The position numbers and the translations under genes are program-made. 64,000 nt of DNA, from assembly GCF_009914755.1 (NCBI RefSeq), contig NC_060948.1. One strand, written 5' to 3'. This stretch comes from the human T2T-CHM13v2.0 reference genome, Homo sapiens. A model generated the notes under the pieces. It was not told where the DNA came from. It did not search any database and saw only the letters and a program-made list of their open reading frames with translations. Each line of letters opens with the position of its first letter. The first letter of the stretch is position 1. This document shows positions 20,949 to 42,712 of this stretch, piece by piece.

Positions 20949-23076
20949 AGATCCATATTTTTTAAATGAAAAAAAATTTCAAAGGTACTCTGCTTGGTAC
21001 AATAATCAAATGTATAAACTGAGGAATAAAACATAACCATGAAACCTACTTATAACTGCATATGGAAAATACAGAGGATAATTTTTTAAATAACATATTT
21101 TGAAAGCCTTAACTAGTAATTTGAAGAGTTGGCATTTGTAAGGCCAGTATGAATATACCTTCAAAGCAGCAACACAGGTTCCCCATGAGAAAAAGCAAAC
21201 TCAGGGAAAATAAAAACACAAAGGTTCAATCTCTTCTGACCTTTGAAAGACACAGCACAGACAGTGGTCCTTAGGACGAAGAGCAGGAGACCCCTAATTC
21301 CGTCACCATGGCGATAGGGCATAAACATTGCTGGGTGAGGGCACAATCCACATTGTGAGGTCCAACTGCTGCCAGGAAGACAGGAGTGCTTTTACATAGA
21401 CCGAAAGGTCATTGAAGGCTCAGAGTTTTGTTTCAAGAACTGAATCCCAAGCCCACACGTTATTAGCCTGCGCTTCTTAAAACAAGTTATGAGATGGGAA
21501 AAAGGGCACCCACAAACATACGTATACATTATGTATATAATAATATACAGTATCATATATAAAATATGTATAACCTATGTATAATATTGTTTTACATCCT
21601 GCATCTTATATTATATATATTGTATAAAATATAATAATTGATAATATATAAGATTTATATTTATACAACATGACATATAGTATATATTATAATTTATGAC
21701 ATATATAATATATGTTACATATCATATATAGAATATATTATACGGTTAATATACGTATTAAATATAAATTATACATTATATATATTATATAAAATATATC
21801 TGTTATATATAATACCCATTATGCATAATATATATATTATGTCTATGTTATATATAGTATAAAACAACATATAATAATATATAATTGTATATATAAAATG
21901 CGACATATAATATATATTATATTTTATGACATATGTAATATATATTATATATTATATATAAAACGTTGAATGTATAATACCTATATTAAATATATATTAT
22001 ATGACTATGTTATTAATTACATGTCACATATGTTATATATTATATATTTTACATAGAATATACCGGTTACATACAATATATACTATGTTACCTATAATGT
22101 ATAATTGATTACATGTAAAATAAAGAATGCAATATATTATGTATAATTTATAATATACAATATGTGGAATGTGATATATATAACATATAATATATGATAT
22201 ATGATATACTGTATATGATATATAACATACAATATATGATACCTAATATATATGGTATACAATATATATTTTATGATATGTATTCTATATGTTTTATATT
22301 CTGTTATATATAACTATTTGAAATTATATATAACTGTATAATATTTTATGTAAATATGTAATATAATATATATAACTATATAATATATTATATATAACTA
22401 TATATTATGTTATATATACTTTTATAACATAATTTACATAAAATGTCATAATATAATATATATTATATTATTTCACATTACATAATATATATTACATATC
22501 ACCCAATATAAGTAACATACATAATATTATAATATAGATTATATTATGTTATATTAAATATCATATATATCATGTATCATATATTCTATAACATATATTA
22601 CACATTATATTATATGTATGTTGTCTATTTTGTGATATATAAAACTATATATATAATTATATTATTATACATATAACTAGGTAAACATGTAAATCTACAT
22701 ATTTTCATTTGTAATATATAGAATTATATAATCATATATAATTATTTATATTCTATAAAAAATTATATCATTATATAAATTATAATATAAAAAAATTATA
22801 ATATGTACTACAAATATATATATTATATATAATATATGATATAGTACCTTTGTTATATATCATAATACATATAAATGTGTATTATGTTATCTATAATTAT
22901 ATAATTTCATATATAAGATGTATAATATGTATTATATATTGTCTATGTTATGTAATATATATAGTATATGTAAGCTGACACAGGATAAATATTATATACT
23001 ATGACATATAAAATATATGAGGTTATATGTTACATATAAGGCATAGCACATAACATGTAATATATATCATATATAA

Positions 23077-23368
<292 letters not shown>

Positions 23369-25495
23369 AGATCCATATTTTTTAAATGAAAAAAAATTTC
23401 AAAGGTACTCTGCTTGGTACAATAATCAAATGTATAAACTGAGGAATAAAACATAACCATGAAACCTACTTATAACTGCATATGGAAAATACAGAGGATA
23501 ATTTCTTAAATAACATATTTTGAAAGCCTTAACTAGTAATTTGAAGAGTTGGCATTTGAAAGGCCAGTATGAATATACCTTCAAAGCAGCAACACAGGTT
23601 CCCCATGAGAAAAAGCAAACTCAGGGAAAATAAAACCACAAAGGTTCAATCTCTTCTGACCTTTGAAAGACACAGCACAGACAGTGGTCCTTAGGACGAA
23701 GAGCAGGAGACCCCTAATTCCGTCACCATGGCGATAGGGCATAAACATTGCTGGGTGAGGGCACAATCCACATTGAGAGGTCCAACTGCTGCCAGGAAGA
23801 CAGGAGTGCTTTTATATAGACCGAAAGGTCATTGAAGGCTCAGAGTTTTGTTTCAAAAACTGAATCCCAAGCCCACACGTTATTAGGCTGCGCTTCTTAA
23901 AACAAGTTATGAGATGGGAAAAAGGGCACCCACAAACATACGTATACATTATGTATATAATAATATACAGTATCATATATATAATATATATAACCTATGT
24001 ATAATATTGTTTTACATCCTGCATCTTATATTATATATATTGTATAAAATATAAAATTCATAATACATAACGTTTATATTTATACAATATGACATATAGT
24101 ATATATTATAATTTATGTCATATATAATATATGTTATATATCATATATAGAATATATTATACGGTTAATATACGTATTAAATATAAATTATACATTATAT
24201 ATATTATATAAAATATATCTGTTATATATAATACCCTTTATGCATAATATATATATTATGTCTATGTTATATATAGTATAAAACAACATATAATAATATA
24301 TAATTGTATATATAAAATGCGACATATAATATATATTATATTTTATGACATATGTAATATATATTATATATTATATATAATACGTTGTATGTATAATACC
24401 TATATTAAATATATATTATATGACTATGTTATTAATTACATGTCACATATGTTATATATTATATATTTTACATAGAATATACCGGTTACATACAATATAT
24501 ACTATGTTACCTATAATGTATAATTGATTACATGTAAAATAAAGAATGCAATATATTATGTATAATTTATAATATACAATATGTGGAATGTGATATATAT
24601 AACATATAATATATGATATATGATATACAGTATATGATATATAACACACAATATATGATACCTAATATATATGGTATACAATATATATTTTATGATATGT
24701 ATTCTATATGTTTTATATTCTGTTATATATAACTATTTGAAATTATATATAACTGTATAATATTTTATGTAAATATGTAATATAATATATATAACTATAT
24801 AATATATTATATATAACTATATATTATGTTATATATACTTTTATAACATAATTTACATTAAATATCGTAATATAATATATATTATATTATTTCACATTAC
24901 ATAATATATATTACATATCACCCAATATAAGTAACATACATAATATTATAATATAGATTATATTATGTTATATTAAATATCATATATATCATGTATCATA
25001 TATTCTATAATATATATTACACATTATATAATATGTATGTTGTCTATTATGTGACATATATAAATCTATATATAATTTTATTTTTATACATATAACTAGA
25101 TAAACATGTAATTCTACATATTTTCATTTATAATATGTAGAATTATATAATCATATATAATTATTTATATTCTATAAAAAATTTTATCATTATATAAATT
25201 ATAATATATAAAAATTATAATATGTACTACAAATATATATATTATATATCATATATGATATAGTACCTTTGTTATATATCATAATACATATAAATGTGTA
25301 TTATGTTATCTATAATTATATAATTTCATATATAAGATGTATAATATGTATCATATATTATATATGTTATGTAACATACATAGTATATATAAGATGACAC
25401 AGGATAAATATTATATACTATGACATATAAAATATATCAGGTTATATGTTACATATAAGGCATAGCACATAACATGTAATATATATCATATATAA

Positions 25496-25787
<292 letters not shown>

Positions 25788-27916
25788 AGATCCATATTTT
25801 TTAAATGAAAAAAAATTTCAAAGGTACTCTGCTTGGTACAATAATCAAATGTATAAACTGAGGAATAAAACATAACCATGAAACCTACTTATAACTGCAT
25901 ATGGAAAATACAGAGGATAATTTTTTAAATAACATATTTTGAAAGCCTTAACTAGTAATTTGAAGAGCTGGCATTTGAAAGGCCAGTATGAATATACCTT
26001 CAAAGCAGCAACACAGGTTTCCCCAAGAGAAAAAGCAAACACAGGGAAAATAAAAACACAAAGGTTCAATCTCTTCTGACCTTTGAAAGACACAGCACAG
26101 ACAGTGGTCCTTAGGACGAAGAGCAGGAGACCCCTAATTCCGTCACCATGGCGATAGGGCATAAACATTGCTGGGTGAGGGCACAATCCACATTGTGAGG
26201 TCCAACTGCTGCCAGGAAGACAGGAGTGCTTTTACATAGACCGAAAGGTCATTGAAGGCTCAGAGTTTTGTTTCAAGAACTGAATCCCAAGCCCACACGT
26301 TATTAGGCTGCGCTTCTTAAAACAAGTTATGAGATGGGAAAAAGTTCACCCACAAACATACGTATACATTATGTATATAATAATATACAGTATCATATAT
26401 ATAATATATATAACCTATGTATAATATTGTTTTACATCCTGCATCTTATGTTATATATATTGTATAAAATATAATAATTGATAATATATAAGTTTTATAT
26501 TTATACAATATGACATATAGTATATATTATAATTTATGACATATATAATATATGTTATATATCATATATAGAATATATTATACGGTTAATATACGTATTA
26601 AATATAAATTATACATTATATATATTATATATAATATATCTGTTATATATAATACCCATTATGCATAATATATATATTATGTCTATGTTATATATGGTAT
26701 AAAACAACATATAATAATATATAATTGTATATATAAAATGCGACATATAATATATATTATATTTTATAACATATGTAATATATATTATATATTATATGTA
26801 ATACGTTGTATGTATAATACCTATATTAAATATATATTATATGACTATGTTATTAATTACATGTCACATGTGTTATATATTATATATTTTATATAGAATA
26901 TACCGGTTACATACAATATATACTATGTTACCTATAATGTATAATTTATTACATGTAAAATAAAGAATGCAATATATTATGTATAATTTATAATATACAA
27001 TATGTGGAATGTGATATATATAACTTATAATATATGATATATGATATACAGTATATGATATATAACATACAATATATGATACCTAATATATATGGTATAC
27101 AATATATATTTTATGATATGTATTCTATATGTTTTATATTCTGTTATATATAACTATTTGAAATTATATATAACTGTATAATATTTTATGTAAATATGTA
27201 ATATAATATATATAACTATATAATATATTATATATAACTATATATTATGTTATATATACTTTTATAACATAATTTACATAAAATATCATAATATAATATA
27301 TATTATATTATTTCACATTACATAATATATATTACATATCACCCAATATAAGTAACATACATAATATTATAATATAGATTATATTATGTTATATTAAATA
27401 TCATATATATCATGTATCATATATTCTATAACATATATTACACATTATATTATATGTATGTTGTCTATTTTGTGATATATAAAACTATATATATAATTAT
27501 ATTATTATACATATAACTAGGTAAACATGTAAATCTACATATTTTCATTTGTAATATATAGAATTATATAATCATATATAATTATTTATATTCTATAAAA
27601 AATTTTATCATTATATAAATTATAATATAAAAAAATTATAATATGTACTACAAATATATATATTATATATCATATATGATATAGTACCTTTGTTATATAT
27701 CATAATACATATAAATGTGTATTATGTTATCTATAATTATATAATTTCATATATAAGATGTATAATATGTATTATATATTGTCTATGTTATGTAATATAT
27801 ATAGTATATGTAAGCTGACACAGGATAAATATTATATACTATGACATATAAAATATATGAGGTTATATGTTACATATAAGGCATAGCACATAACATGTAA
27901 TATATATCATATATAA

Positions 27917-28208
<292 letters not shown>

Positions 28209-30335
28209 AGATCCATATTTTTTAAATGAAAAAAAATTTCAAAGGTACTCTGCTTGGTACAATAATCAAATGTATAAACTGAGGAATAAAACATAACCAC
28301 GAAACCTACTTATAACTGCATATGGAAAATACAGAGGATAATTTCTTAAATAACATATTTTGAAAGCCTTAACTAGTAATTTGAAGAGTTGGCATTTGAA
28401 AGGCCAGTATGAATATACCTTCAAAGCAGCAACACAGGTTCCCCATGAGAAAAAGCAAACTCAGGGAAAATAAAACCACAAAGGTTCAATCTCTTCTGAC
28501 CTTTGAAAGACACAGCACAGACAGTGGTCCTTAGGACGAAGAGCAGGAGACCCCTAATTCCGTCACCATGGCGATAGGGCATAAATATTGCTGGGTGAGG
28601 GCACAATCCACATTGAGAGGTCCAACTGCTGCCAGGAAGACAGGAGTGCTTTTATATAGACCGAAAGGTCATTGAAGGCTCAGAGTTTTGTTTCAAGAAC
28701 TGAATCCCAAGCCCACACGTTATTAGGCTGCGCTTCTTAAAACAAGTTATGAGATGGGAAAAAGGGCACCCACAAACATACGTATACATTATGTATATAA
28801 TAATATACAGTATCATATATATAATATATATAACCTATGTATAATATTGTTTTACATCCTGCATCTTATATTATATATATTGTATAAAATATAAAATTCA
28901 TAATACATAACGTTTATATTTATACAATATGACATATAGTATATATTATAATTTATGTCATATATATTATATGTTATATATCATATATAGAATATATTAT
29001 ACGGTTAATATACGTATTAAATATAAATTATACATTATATATATTATATAAAATATATCTGTTATATATAATACCCTTTATGCATAATATATATATTATG
29101 TCTATGTTATATATAGTATAAAACAACATATAATAATATATAATTGTATATATAAAATGCGACATATAATATATATTATATTTTATGACATATGTAATAT
29201 ATATTATATATTATATATAATACGTTGTATGTATAATACCTATATTAAATATATATTATATGACTATGTTATTAATTACATGACACATGTGTTATATATT
29301 ATTTATTTTACACAGAATATACCGGTTATATACAATATATACTATGTTACCTACAATGTATAATTTATTACATGTAAAATAAAGAATGCAATATATTATG
29401 TATAATTTATAAAATACAATATGTGGAATGTGATATATATAACATATAATATATGATATAGGATATACAGTATATGATATATAACATACAATATATGATA
29501 CCTAATATATATGGTATACAATATATATTTTATGACATGTATTCTCTATGTTTTATATTCTGTTATATATAACTATTTGAAATTATATATAACTGTATAA
29601 TATTTTATGTAAATATGTAATATAATATATATAAAAATATAATATATTATATATAACTATATATTATGTTATATATAATTTTATAACATAATTTACATAA
29701 AATATCATAATATAATATATATTATATTATTTCATACTACATAATATATATTACATATCTCCCAATATAAGTAACATATATAATATTATAATATAGATTA
29801 TATTATGTTATATTAAATATCATATATATCATGTATCATATATTCTATAATATATATTATACATTATATATTATGTGTGTTGTCTATTATGTGATATATA
29901 TAACTATATATATAATTATATTATTATACATATAACTAGATAAACATGTAATTCTACATATTTTCATTTATAATATATAGAATTATATAATCATATATAA
30001 TTATTTATATTCTATAAAAAATTATATCATCATATAAATTATAATATATAAAAATTATAATATGTACTACAAATATATATATTATATATCATATATGATA
30101 TAGTACCTTTGTTATATATCATAATACATATAAATGTGTAATATGTTACCTATAATTATATAATTTCATATATAAGATGTATAATATGTATTATATATTA
30201 TATATGTTATGAAATATATATAGTATATATAAGATGACACAGGATAAATATTATATACTATGACATATAAAATATATGAGGTTGTATGTTACATATAAGG
30301 CATAGCACATAACATGTAATATATATCATCTATAA

Positions 30336-30627
<292 letters not shown>

Positions 30628-32728
30628 AGATCCATATTTTTTAAATGAAAAAAAATTTCAAAGGTACTCTGCTTGGTACAATAATCAAATGTATAAACTG
30701 AGGAATAAAACATAACCATGAAACCTACTTATAACTGCATATGGAAAATACAGAGGATAATTTTTTAAATAACATATTTTGAAAGCCTTAACTAGTAATT
30801 TGAAGAGTTGGCATTTGAAAGGCCAGTATGAATATACCTTCAAAGCAGCAACACAGGTTCCCCATGAGAAAAAGCAAACTCAGGGAAAATAAAACCACAA
30901 AGGTTCAATCTCTTCTGACCTTTGAAAGACACAGCACAGACAGTGGTCCTTAGGACGAAGAGCAGGAGACCCCTAATTCCGTCACCATGGCGATAGGGCA
31001 TAAACATTGCTGGGTGAGGGCACAATCCACATTGTGAGGTCCAACTGCTGCCAGGAAGACAGGAGTGCTTTTACATAGACCGAAAGGTCATTGAAGGCTC
31101 AGAGTTTTGTTTCAAGAACTGAATCCCAAGCCCACACGTTATTAGGCTGCGCTTCTTAAAACAAGTTATGAGATGGGAAAAAGGGCACCTACAAACATAC
31201 GTATACATTATGTATATAATAATATACAGTATCATATATATAATATATATAACCCATGTATAATATTGTTTTACATCCTGCATCTTATATTATATATATT
31301 GTATAAAATATAATAATTGATAATATATAAATTTTATATTTATACAATATGACATATAGTATATATTATAATTTATTACATATATAATATATGTTATATA
31401 TCATATATAGAATATATTATATGGTTAATATACGTATTAAATATAAATTATACATTATATATATTATATATAATATATCTGCTATATATAATACCCATTA
31501 TGCATAATATATATATTATGTCTATGTTATATATAGTATAAAACAACATATAATAATATATAATTGTATATATAAAACGCGACATATAATATATATTATA
31601 TTTTTTGACATATGTAATATATATTATATATTATATATAATACGTTGTATGTATAATACCTATATTAAATATAAATTATATGACTATGTTATTAATTACA
31701 TGTCACATATGTTATATATTATATATTTTACATAGAATATACCGGTTACATACAATATATACTATGTTACCTATAATGTATAATTTATTACATGTAAAAT
31801 AAAGAATGCAATATATTATGTATAATTTATAATATACAATATGTGGAATGTGATATATATAACTTATAATATATGATATATGATATACAGTATATGATAT
31901 ATAACATACAATATATGATACCTAATATATATGGTATACAATATATATTTTATGATATGTATTCTATATGTTTTATATTCTGTTATATATAACTATTTGA
32001 AATTATATATAACTGTATAATATTTTATGTAAATATGTAATATAATATGTAACTATATAATATATTATATATAACTATATATTATGTTATATATACTTTT
32101 ATAACATAATTTACATAAAATATCATAATATAATATATATTATATTATTTCATATTACATAATATATATTACATATCACCCAATATAAGTAACATAGATA
32201 ATATTATAATATAGATTATATTATGTTATATTAAATATCATATATATCATGTATCATATATTCTATAATATATATGATACATTATATAATATGTATGTTG
32301 TCTATTATGTGATATATATAACTATATATAATTATATTATTATACATATTACTAGATAAACATGTAATTCTACATATTTTCATTTATAATATATAGAATT
32401 ATATAATCATATATAATTATTTATATTCTATAAAAAATTATATCATTATATAAATTATAATATATAAAAATTATAATATGTACTACAAATATATTTATTA
32501 TATATCATATATGATATAGTACCTTTGTTATATATCATAATACATATAAATGTGTATTATGTTATCTATAATTATATAATTTCATATATAAGATGTATAA
32601 TATGTATTATATATTATATATGTTATGTAATATATATAGTATATATAAGATGACACAGGATAAATATTATATACTATGACATATAAAATATATGAGGTTA
32701 TATGTTACATATAAGGCATAGCACATAA

Positions 32729-33043
<315 letters not shown>

Positions 33044-35144
33044 AGATCCATATTTTTTAAATGAAAAAAAATTTCAAAGGTACTCTGCTTGGTACAATAA
33101 TCAAATGTATAAACTGAGGAATAAAACATAACCATGAAACCTACTTATAACTGCATATGGAAAATACAGAGGATAATTTTTTAAATAACATATTTTGAAA
33201 GCCTTAACTAGTAATTTGAAGAGTTGGCATTTGAAAGGCCAGTATGAATATACCTTCAAAGCAGCAACACAGGTTCCCCATGAGAAACAGCAAACTCAGG
33301 GAAAATAAAACCACAAAGGTTCAATCTCTTCTGACCTTTGAAAGACACAGCACAGACAGTGGTCCTTAGGACGAAGAGCAGGAGACCCCTAATTCCGTCA
33401 CCATGGCGATAGGGCATAAACATTGCTGGGTGAGGGCACAATCCACATTGTGAGGTCCAACTGCTGCCAGGAAGACAGGAGTGCTTTTACATAGACCGAA
33501 AGGTCATTGAAGGCTCAGAGTTTTGTTTCAAGAACTGAATCCCAAGCCCACACGTTATTAGGCTGTGCTTCTTAAAACAAGTTATGAGATGGGAAAAAGG
33601 GCACCTACAAACATACGTATACATTATGTATATAATAATATACAGTATCATATATATAATATATATAACCCATGTATAATATTGTTTTACATCCTGCATC
33701 TTATATTATATATATTGTATAAAATATAATAATTGATAATATATAAATTTTATATTTATACAATATGACATATAGTATATATTATAATTTATTACATATA
33801 TAATATATGTTATATATCATATATAGAATATATTATACGGTTAATATACGTATTAAATATAAATTATACATTATATATATTATATATAATATATCTGCTA
33901 TATATAATACCCATTATGCATAATATATATATTATGTCTATGTTATATATAGTATAAAACAACATATAATAATATATAATTGTATATATAAAACGCGACA
34001 TATAATATATATTATATTTTTTGACATATGTAATATATATTATATATTATATATAATACGTTGTATGTATAATACCTATATTAAATATAAATTATATGAC
34101 TATGTTATTAATTACATGTCACATATGTTATATATTATATATTTTACATAGAATATACCGGTTACATACAATATATACTATGTTACCTATAATGTATAAT
34201 TTATTACATGTAAAATAAAGAATGCAATATATTATGTATAATTTATAATATACAATATGTGGAATGTGATATATATAACTTATAATATATGATATATGAT
34301 ATACAGTATATGATATATAACATACAATATATGATACCTAATATATATGGTATACAATATATATTTTATGATATGTATTCTATATGTTTTATATTCTGTT
34401 ATATATAACTATTTGAAATTATATATAACTGTATAATATTTTATGTAAATATGTAATATAATATATAACTATATAATATATTATATATAACTATATATTA
34501 TGTTATATATACTTTTATAACATAATTTACATAAAATATCATAATATAATATATATTATATTATTTCATATTACATAATATATATTACATATCACCCAAT
34601 ATAAGTAACATACATAATATTATAATATAGATTATATTATGTTATATTAAATATCATATATATCATGTATCATATATTCTATAATATATATGACACATTA
34701 TATAATATGTATGTTGTCTATTATGTGATATATATAACTATATATAATTATATTATTATACATATTACTAGATAAACATGTAATTCTACATATTTTCATT
34801 TATAATATATAGAATTATATAATCATATATAATTATTTATATTCTATAAAAAATTATATCATTATATAAATTATAATATATAAAAATTATAATATGTACT
34901 ACAAATATATATATTATATATCATATATGATATAGTACCTTTGTTATATATCATAATACATATAAATGTGTATTATGTTATCTATAATTATATAATTTCA
35001 TATATAAGATGTATAATATGTATTATATATTATATATGTTATGTAATATATATAGTATATATAAGATGACACAGGATAAATATTATATACTATGACATAT
35101 AAAATATATGAGGTTATATGTTACATATAAGGCATAGCACATAA

Positions 35145-35459
<315 letters not shown>

Positions 35460-37560
35460 AGATCCATATTTTTTAAATGAAAAAAAATTTCAAAGGTACT
35501 CTGCTTGGTACAATAATCAAATGTATAAACTGAGGAATAAAACATAACCATGAAACCTACTTATAACTGCATATGGAAAATACAGAGGATAATTTTTTAA
35601 ATAACATATTTTGAAAGCCTTAACTAGTAATTTGAAGAGTTGGCATTTGAAAGGCCAGTATGAATATACCTTCAAAGCAGCAACACAGGTTCCCCATGAG
35701 AAAAAGCAAACTCAGGGAAAATAAAACCACAAAGGTTCAATCTCTTCTGACCTTTGAAAGACACAGCACAGACAGTGGTCCTTAGGACGAAGAGCAGGAG
35801 ACCCCTAATTCCGTCACCATGGCGATAGGGCATAAACATTGCTGGGTGAGGGCACAATCCACATTGTGAGGTCCAACTGCTGCCAGGAAGACAGGAGTGC
35901 TTTTACATAGACCGAAAGGTCATTGAAGGCTCAGAGTTTTGTTTCAAGAACTGAATCCCAAGCCCACACGTTATTAGGCTGCGCTTCTTAAAACAAGTTA
36001 TGAGATGGGAAAAAGGGCACCTACAAACATACGTATACATTATGTATATAATAATATACAGTATCATATATATAATATATATAACCCATGTATAATATTG
36101 TTTTACATCCTGCATCTTATATTATATATATTGTATAAAATATAATAATTGATAATATATAAATTTTATATTTATACAATATGACATATAGTATATATTA
36201 TAATTTATTACATATGTAATATATGTTATATATCATATATAGAATATATTATACGGTTAATATACGTATTAAATATAAATTATACATTATATATATTATA
36301 TATAATATATCTGCTATATATAATACCCATTATGCATAATATATATATTATGTCTATGTTATATATAGTATAAAACAACATATAATAATATATAATTGTA
36401 TATATAAAACGCGACATATAATATATATTATATTTTTTGACATATGTAATATATATTATATATTATATATAATACGTTGTATGTATAATACCTATATTAA
36501 ATATAAATTATATGACTATGTTATTAATTACATGTCACATATGTTATATATTATATATTTTACATAGAATATACCGGTTACATACAATATATACTATGTT
36601 ACCTATAATGTATAATTTATTACATGTAAAATAAAGAATGCAATATATTATGTATAATTTATAATATACAATATGTGGAATGTGATATATATAACTTATA
36701 ATATATGATATATGATATACAGTATATGATATATAACATACAATATATGATACCTAATATATATGGTATACAATATATATTTTATGATATGTATTCTATA
36801 TGTTTTATATTCTGTTATATATAACTATTTGAAATTATATATAACTGTATAATATTTTATGTAAATATGTAATATAATATATAACTATATAATATATTAT
36901 ATATAAGTATATATTATGTTATATATACTTTTATAACATAATTTACATAAAATATCATAATATAATATATATTATATTATTTCATATTACATAATATATA
37001 TTACATATCACCCAATATAAGTAACATACATAATATTATAATATAGATTATATTATGTTATATTAAATATCATATATATCATGTATCATATATTCTATAA
37101 TATATATGATACATTATATAATATGTATGTTGTCTATTATGTGATATATATAACTATATATAATTATATTATTATACATATTACTAGATAAACATGAAAT
37201 TCTACATATTTTCACTTATAATATATAGAATTATATAATCATATATAATTATTTATATTCTATAAAAAATTATATCATTATATAAATTATAATATATAAA
37301 AATTATAATATGTACTACAAATATATATATTATATATCATATATGATATAGTACCTTTGTTATATATCATAATACATATAAATGTGTATTATGTTATCTA
37401 TAATTATATAATTTCATATATAAGATGTATAATATGTATTATATATTATATATGTTATGTAATATATATAGTATATATAAGATGACACAGGATAAATATT
37501 ATATACTATGACATATAAAATATATGAGGTTATATGTTACATATAAGGCATAGCACATAA

Positions 37561-37875
<315 letters not shown>

Positions 37876-39978
37876 AGATCCATATTTTTTAAATGAAAAA
37901 AAATTTCAAAGGTACTCTGCTTGGTACAATAATCAAATGTATAAACTGAGGAATAAAACATAACCATGAAACCTACTTATAACTGCATATGGAAAATACA
38001 GAGGATAATTTTTTAAATAACATATTTTGAAAGCCTTAACTAGTAATTTGAAGAGTTGGCATTTGAAAGGCCAGTATGAATATACCTTCAAAGCAGCAAC
38101 ACAGGTTCCCCATGAGAAAAAGCAAACTCAGGGAAAATAAAACCACAAAGGTTCAATCTCTTCTGACCTTTGAAAGACACAGCACAGACAGTGGTCCTTA
38201 GGACGAAGAGCAGGAGACCCCTAATTCCGTCACCATGGCGATAGGGCATAAACATTGCTGGGTGAGGGCACAATCCACATTGTGAGGTCCAACTGCTGCC
38301 AGGAAGACAGGAGTGCTTTTACATAGACCGAAAGGTCATTGAAGGCTGAGAGTTTTGTTTCAAGAACTGAATCCCAAGCCCACACGTTATTAGGCTGCGC
38401 TTCTTAAAACAAGTTATGAGATGGGAAAAAGGGCACCTACAAACATACGTATACATTATGTATATAATAATATACAGTATCATATATATAATATATATAA
38501 CCCATGTATAATATTGTTTTACATCCTGCATCTTATATTATATATATTGTATAAAATATAATAATTGATAATATATAAGTTTTATAATTATACAATATGA
38601 CATATAGTATATATTATAATTTATTACATATATAATATATGTTATATATCATATATAGAATATATTATACGGTTAATATACGTATTAAATATAAATTATA
38701 CATTATATATATTATATATAATATATCTGCTATATATAATACCCATTATGCATAATATATATATTATGTCTATGTTATATATAGTATAAAACAACATATA
38801 ATAATATATAATTGTATATATAAAACGCGACATATAATATATATTATATTTTTTGACATATGTAATATATATTATATATTATATATAATACGTTGTATGT
38901 ATAATACCTATATTAAATATAAATTATATGACTATGTTATTAATTACATGTCACATATGTTATATATTATATATTTTACATAGAATATACCGGTTACATA
39001 CAATATATACTATGTTACCTATAATGTATAATTTATTACATGTAAAATAAAGAATGCAATATATTATGTATAATTTATAATATACAATATGTGGAATGTG
39101 ATATATATAACATATAATATATGATATATGATATACAGTATATGATATATAACATACAATATATGATACCTAATATATATGGTATACAATATATATTTTA
39201 TGATATGTATTCTATATGTTTTATATTCTGTTATATATAACTATTTGAAATTATATATAACTGTATAATATTTTATGTAAATATGTAATATAATATATAA
39301 CTATATAATATATTATATATAACTATATATTATGTTATATATACTTTTATAACATAATTTACATAAAATATCATAATATAATATATATTATATTATTTCA
39401 TATTACATAATATATATTACATATCACCCAATATAAGTAACATACATAATATTATAATATAGATTATATTATGTTATATTAAATATCATATATATCATGT
39501 ATCATATATTCTATAATATATATTATACATTATATAATATGTATGTTGTCTATTATGTGATATATATAACTATATATATAATTATATTATTATACATATA
39601 ACTAGATAAACATGTAATTCTACACATTTACATTTATAATATATAGAATTATATAATCATATATAATTATTTATATTCTATAAAAAATTATATCATTATA
39701 TAAATTATAATATATAAAAATTATAATATGTACTACAAATATATATATTATATATCATATATGATATAGTACCTTTGTTATATATCATAATACATATAAA
39801 TGTGTATTATATTATCTATAATTATATAATTTCATATATAAGTTGTATAATATGTATCATATATTATATATGTTATGTAATATATATAGTATATATAAGA
39901 TGACACAGGATAAATATTATATACTATGACATATAAAATATATGAGGTTATATGTTTCATATAAGGCATAGCACATAA

Positions 39979-40293
<315 letters not shown>

Positions 40294-42397
40294 AGATCCA
40301 TATTTTTTAAATGAAAAAAAATTTCAAAGGTACTCTGCTTGGTACAATAATCAAATGTATAAACTGAGGAATAAAACATAACCATGAAACCTACTTATAA
40401 CTGCATATGGAAAATACAGAGGATAATTTTTTAAATAACATATTTTGAAAGCCTTAACTAGTAATTTGAAGAGTTGGCATTTGAAAGGCCAGTATGAATA
40501 TACCTTCAAAGCAGCAACACAGGTTCCCCATGAGAAAAAGCAAACACAGGGAAAATAAAAACACAAAGGTTCAATCTCTTCTGACCTTTGAAAGACACAG
40601 CACAGACAGTGGTCCTTAGGACGAAGAGCAGGAGACCCCTAATTCCGTCACCATGGCGATAGGGCATAAACATTGCTGGGTGAGGGCACAATCCACATTG
40701 TGAGGTCCAACTGCTGCCAGGAAGACAGGAGTGCTTTTACATAGACCGAAAGGTCATTGAAGGCTCAGAGTTTTGTTTCAAGAACTGAATCCCAAGCCCA
40801 CACGTTATTAGGCTGCGCTTCTTAAAACAAGTTATGAGATGGGAAAAAGGGCACCCACAAACATACGTATACCTTATGTATATAATAATATACAGTATCA
40901 TATATATAATATATATAACCTATGTATAATATTGTTTTACATCCTGTATCTTATGTTATATATATTGTATAAAATATAATAATTGATAGTATATATGTTT
41001 TATATTTATACAATATGACATATAGTATATATTATAATTTATGACATATATAATATATGTTATATATCATATATAGAATATATTATACGGTTAATATACG
41101 TATTAAATATAAATTATACATTATATATATTATATATAATATATCTGTTATATATAATACCCATTATGCATAATATATATATTAGTCTATGTTATATATA
41201 GTATAAAACAACATATAATAATATATAATTGTATATATAAAATGCGACATATAATATATATTATATTTTATAACATATGTAATATATATTATATATTATA
41301 TATAATACGTTGTATGTATAATACCTATATTAAATATATATTATATGACTATGTTATTAATTACATGTCACATGTGTTATATATTATATATTTTACATAG
41401 AATATACCGGTTACATACAGTATATACTATGTTACCTATAATGTATAATTTATTACATGTAAAATAAAGAATGCAATATATTATGTATAATTTATAATAT
41501 ACCATATGTGGAATTTGATATATATAACATATAATATATGATATATGGTATACACTATATGATATATAACATACAATATATGATTCCTAATATATATGGA
41601 ATACAATATATATTTTATGATATGTATTCTATACGTTTTATATTCTGTTATATATAACTATTTGAAATTATATATAACTGTATAATATTTTATGTAAATA
41701 TGTAATATAATATATATAACTATATAATATATTATATATAACTATATATTATGTTATATATACTTTTATAACATAATTTGCATAAAATATCATAACATAA
41801 TATATATTATATTATTTCATATTACATAATATATATTACATATCACCCAATATAACTAACATACATAATATTATAATATAGATTATATTGGGTTATATTA
41901 AATATCATATATATCATGTATCATATATTCTATAATATATATTACACATTATATAATATGTATGTTGTCTATTATGTGATATATATAACTCTATATATAA
42001 TTATATTTTTATACATATAACTAGATAAACATGTAATTCTACATATTTTCATTTATAATATGTAGAATTATATAATCATATATAATTATTTATATTCTAT
42101 AAAAAATTTTATCATTATGTAAATTATAATATATAAAAATTATAATATGTACTACAAATATATATATTATATATCATATATGATATAGTACCTTTGTTAT
42201 ATATCATAATACATATAAATGTGTATTATGTTATCTATAGTTATATAATTTCATATATAAGATGTATAATATGTATCATATATTATATATGTTATGTAAT
42301 ATATATAGTATATATAAGATGACACAGGATAAATATTATATACTATGACATATAAAATATATGAGGTTATATGTTACATATAAGGCATAGCACATAA

Positions 42398-42712
<315 letters not shown>
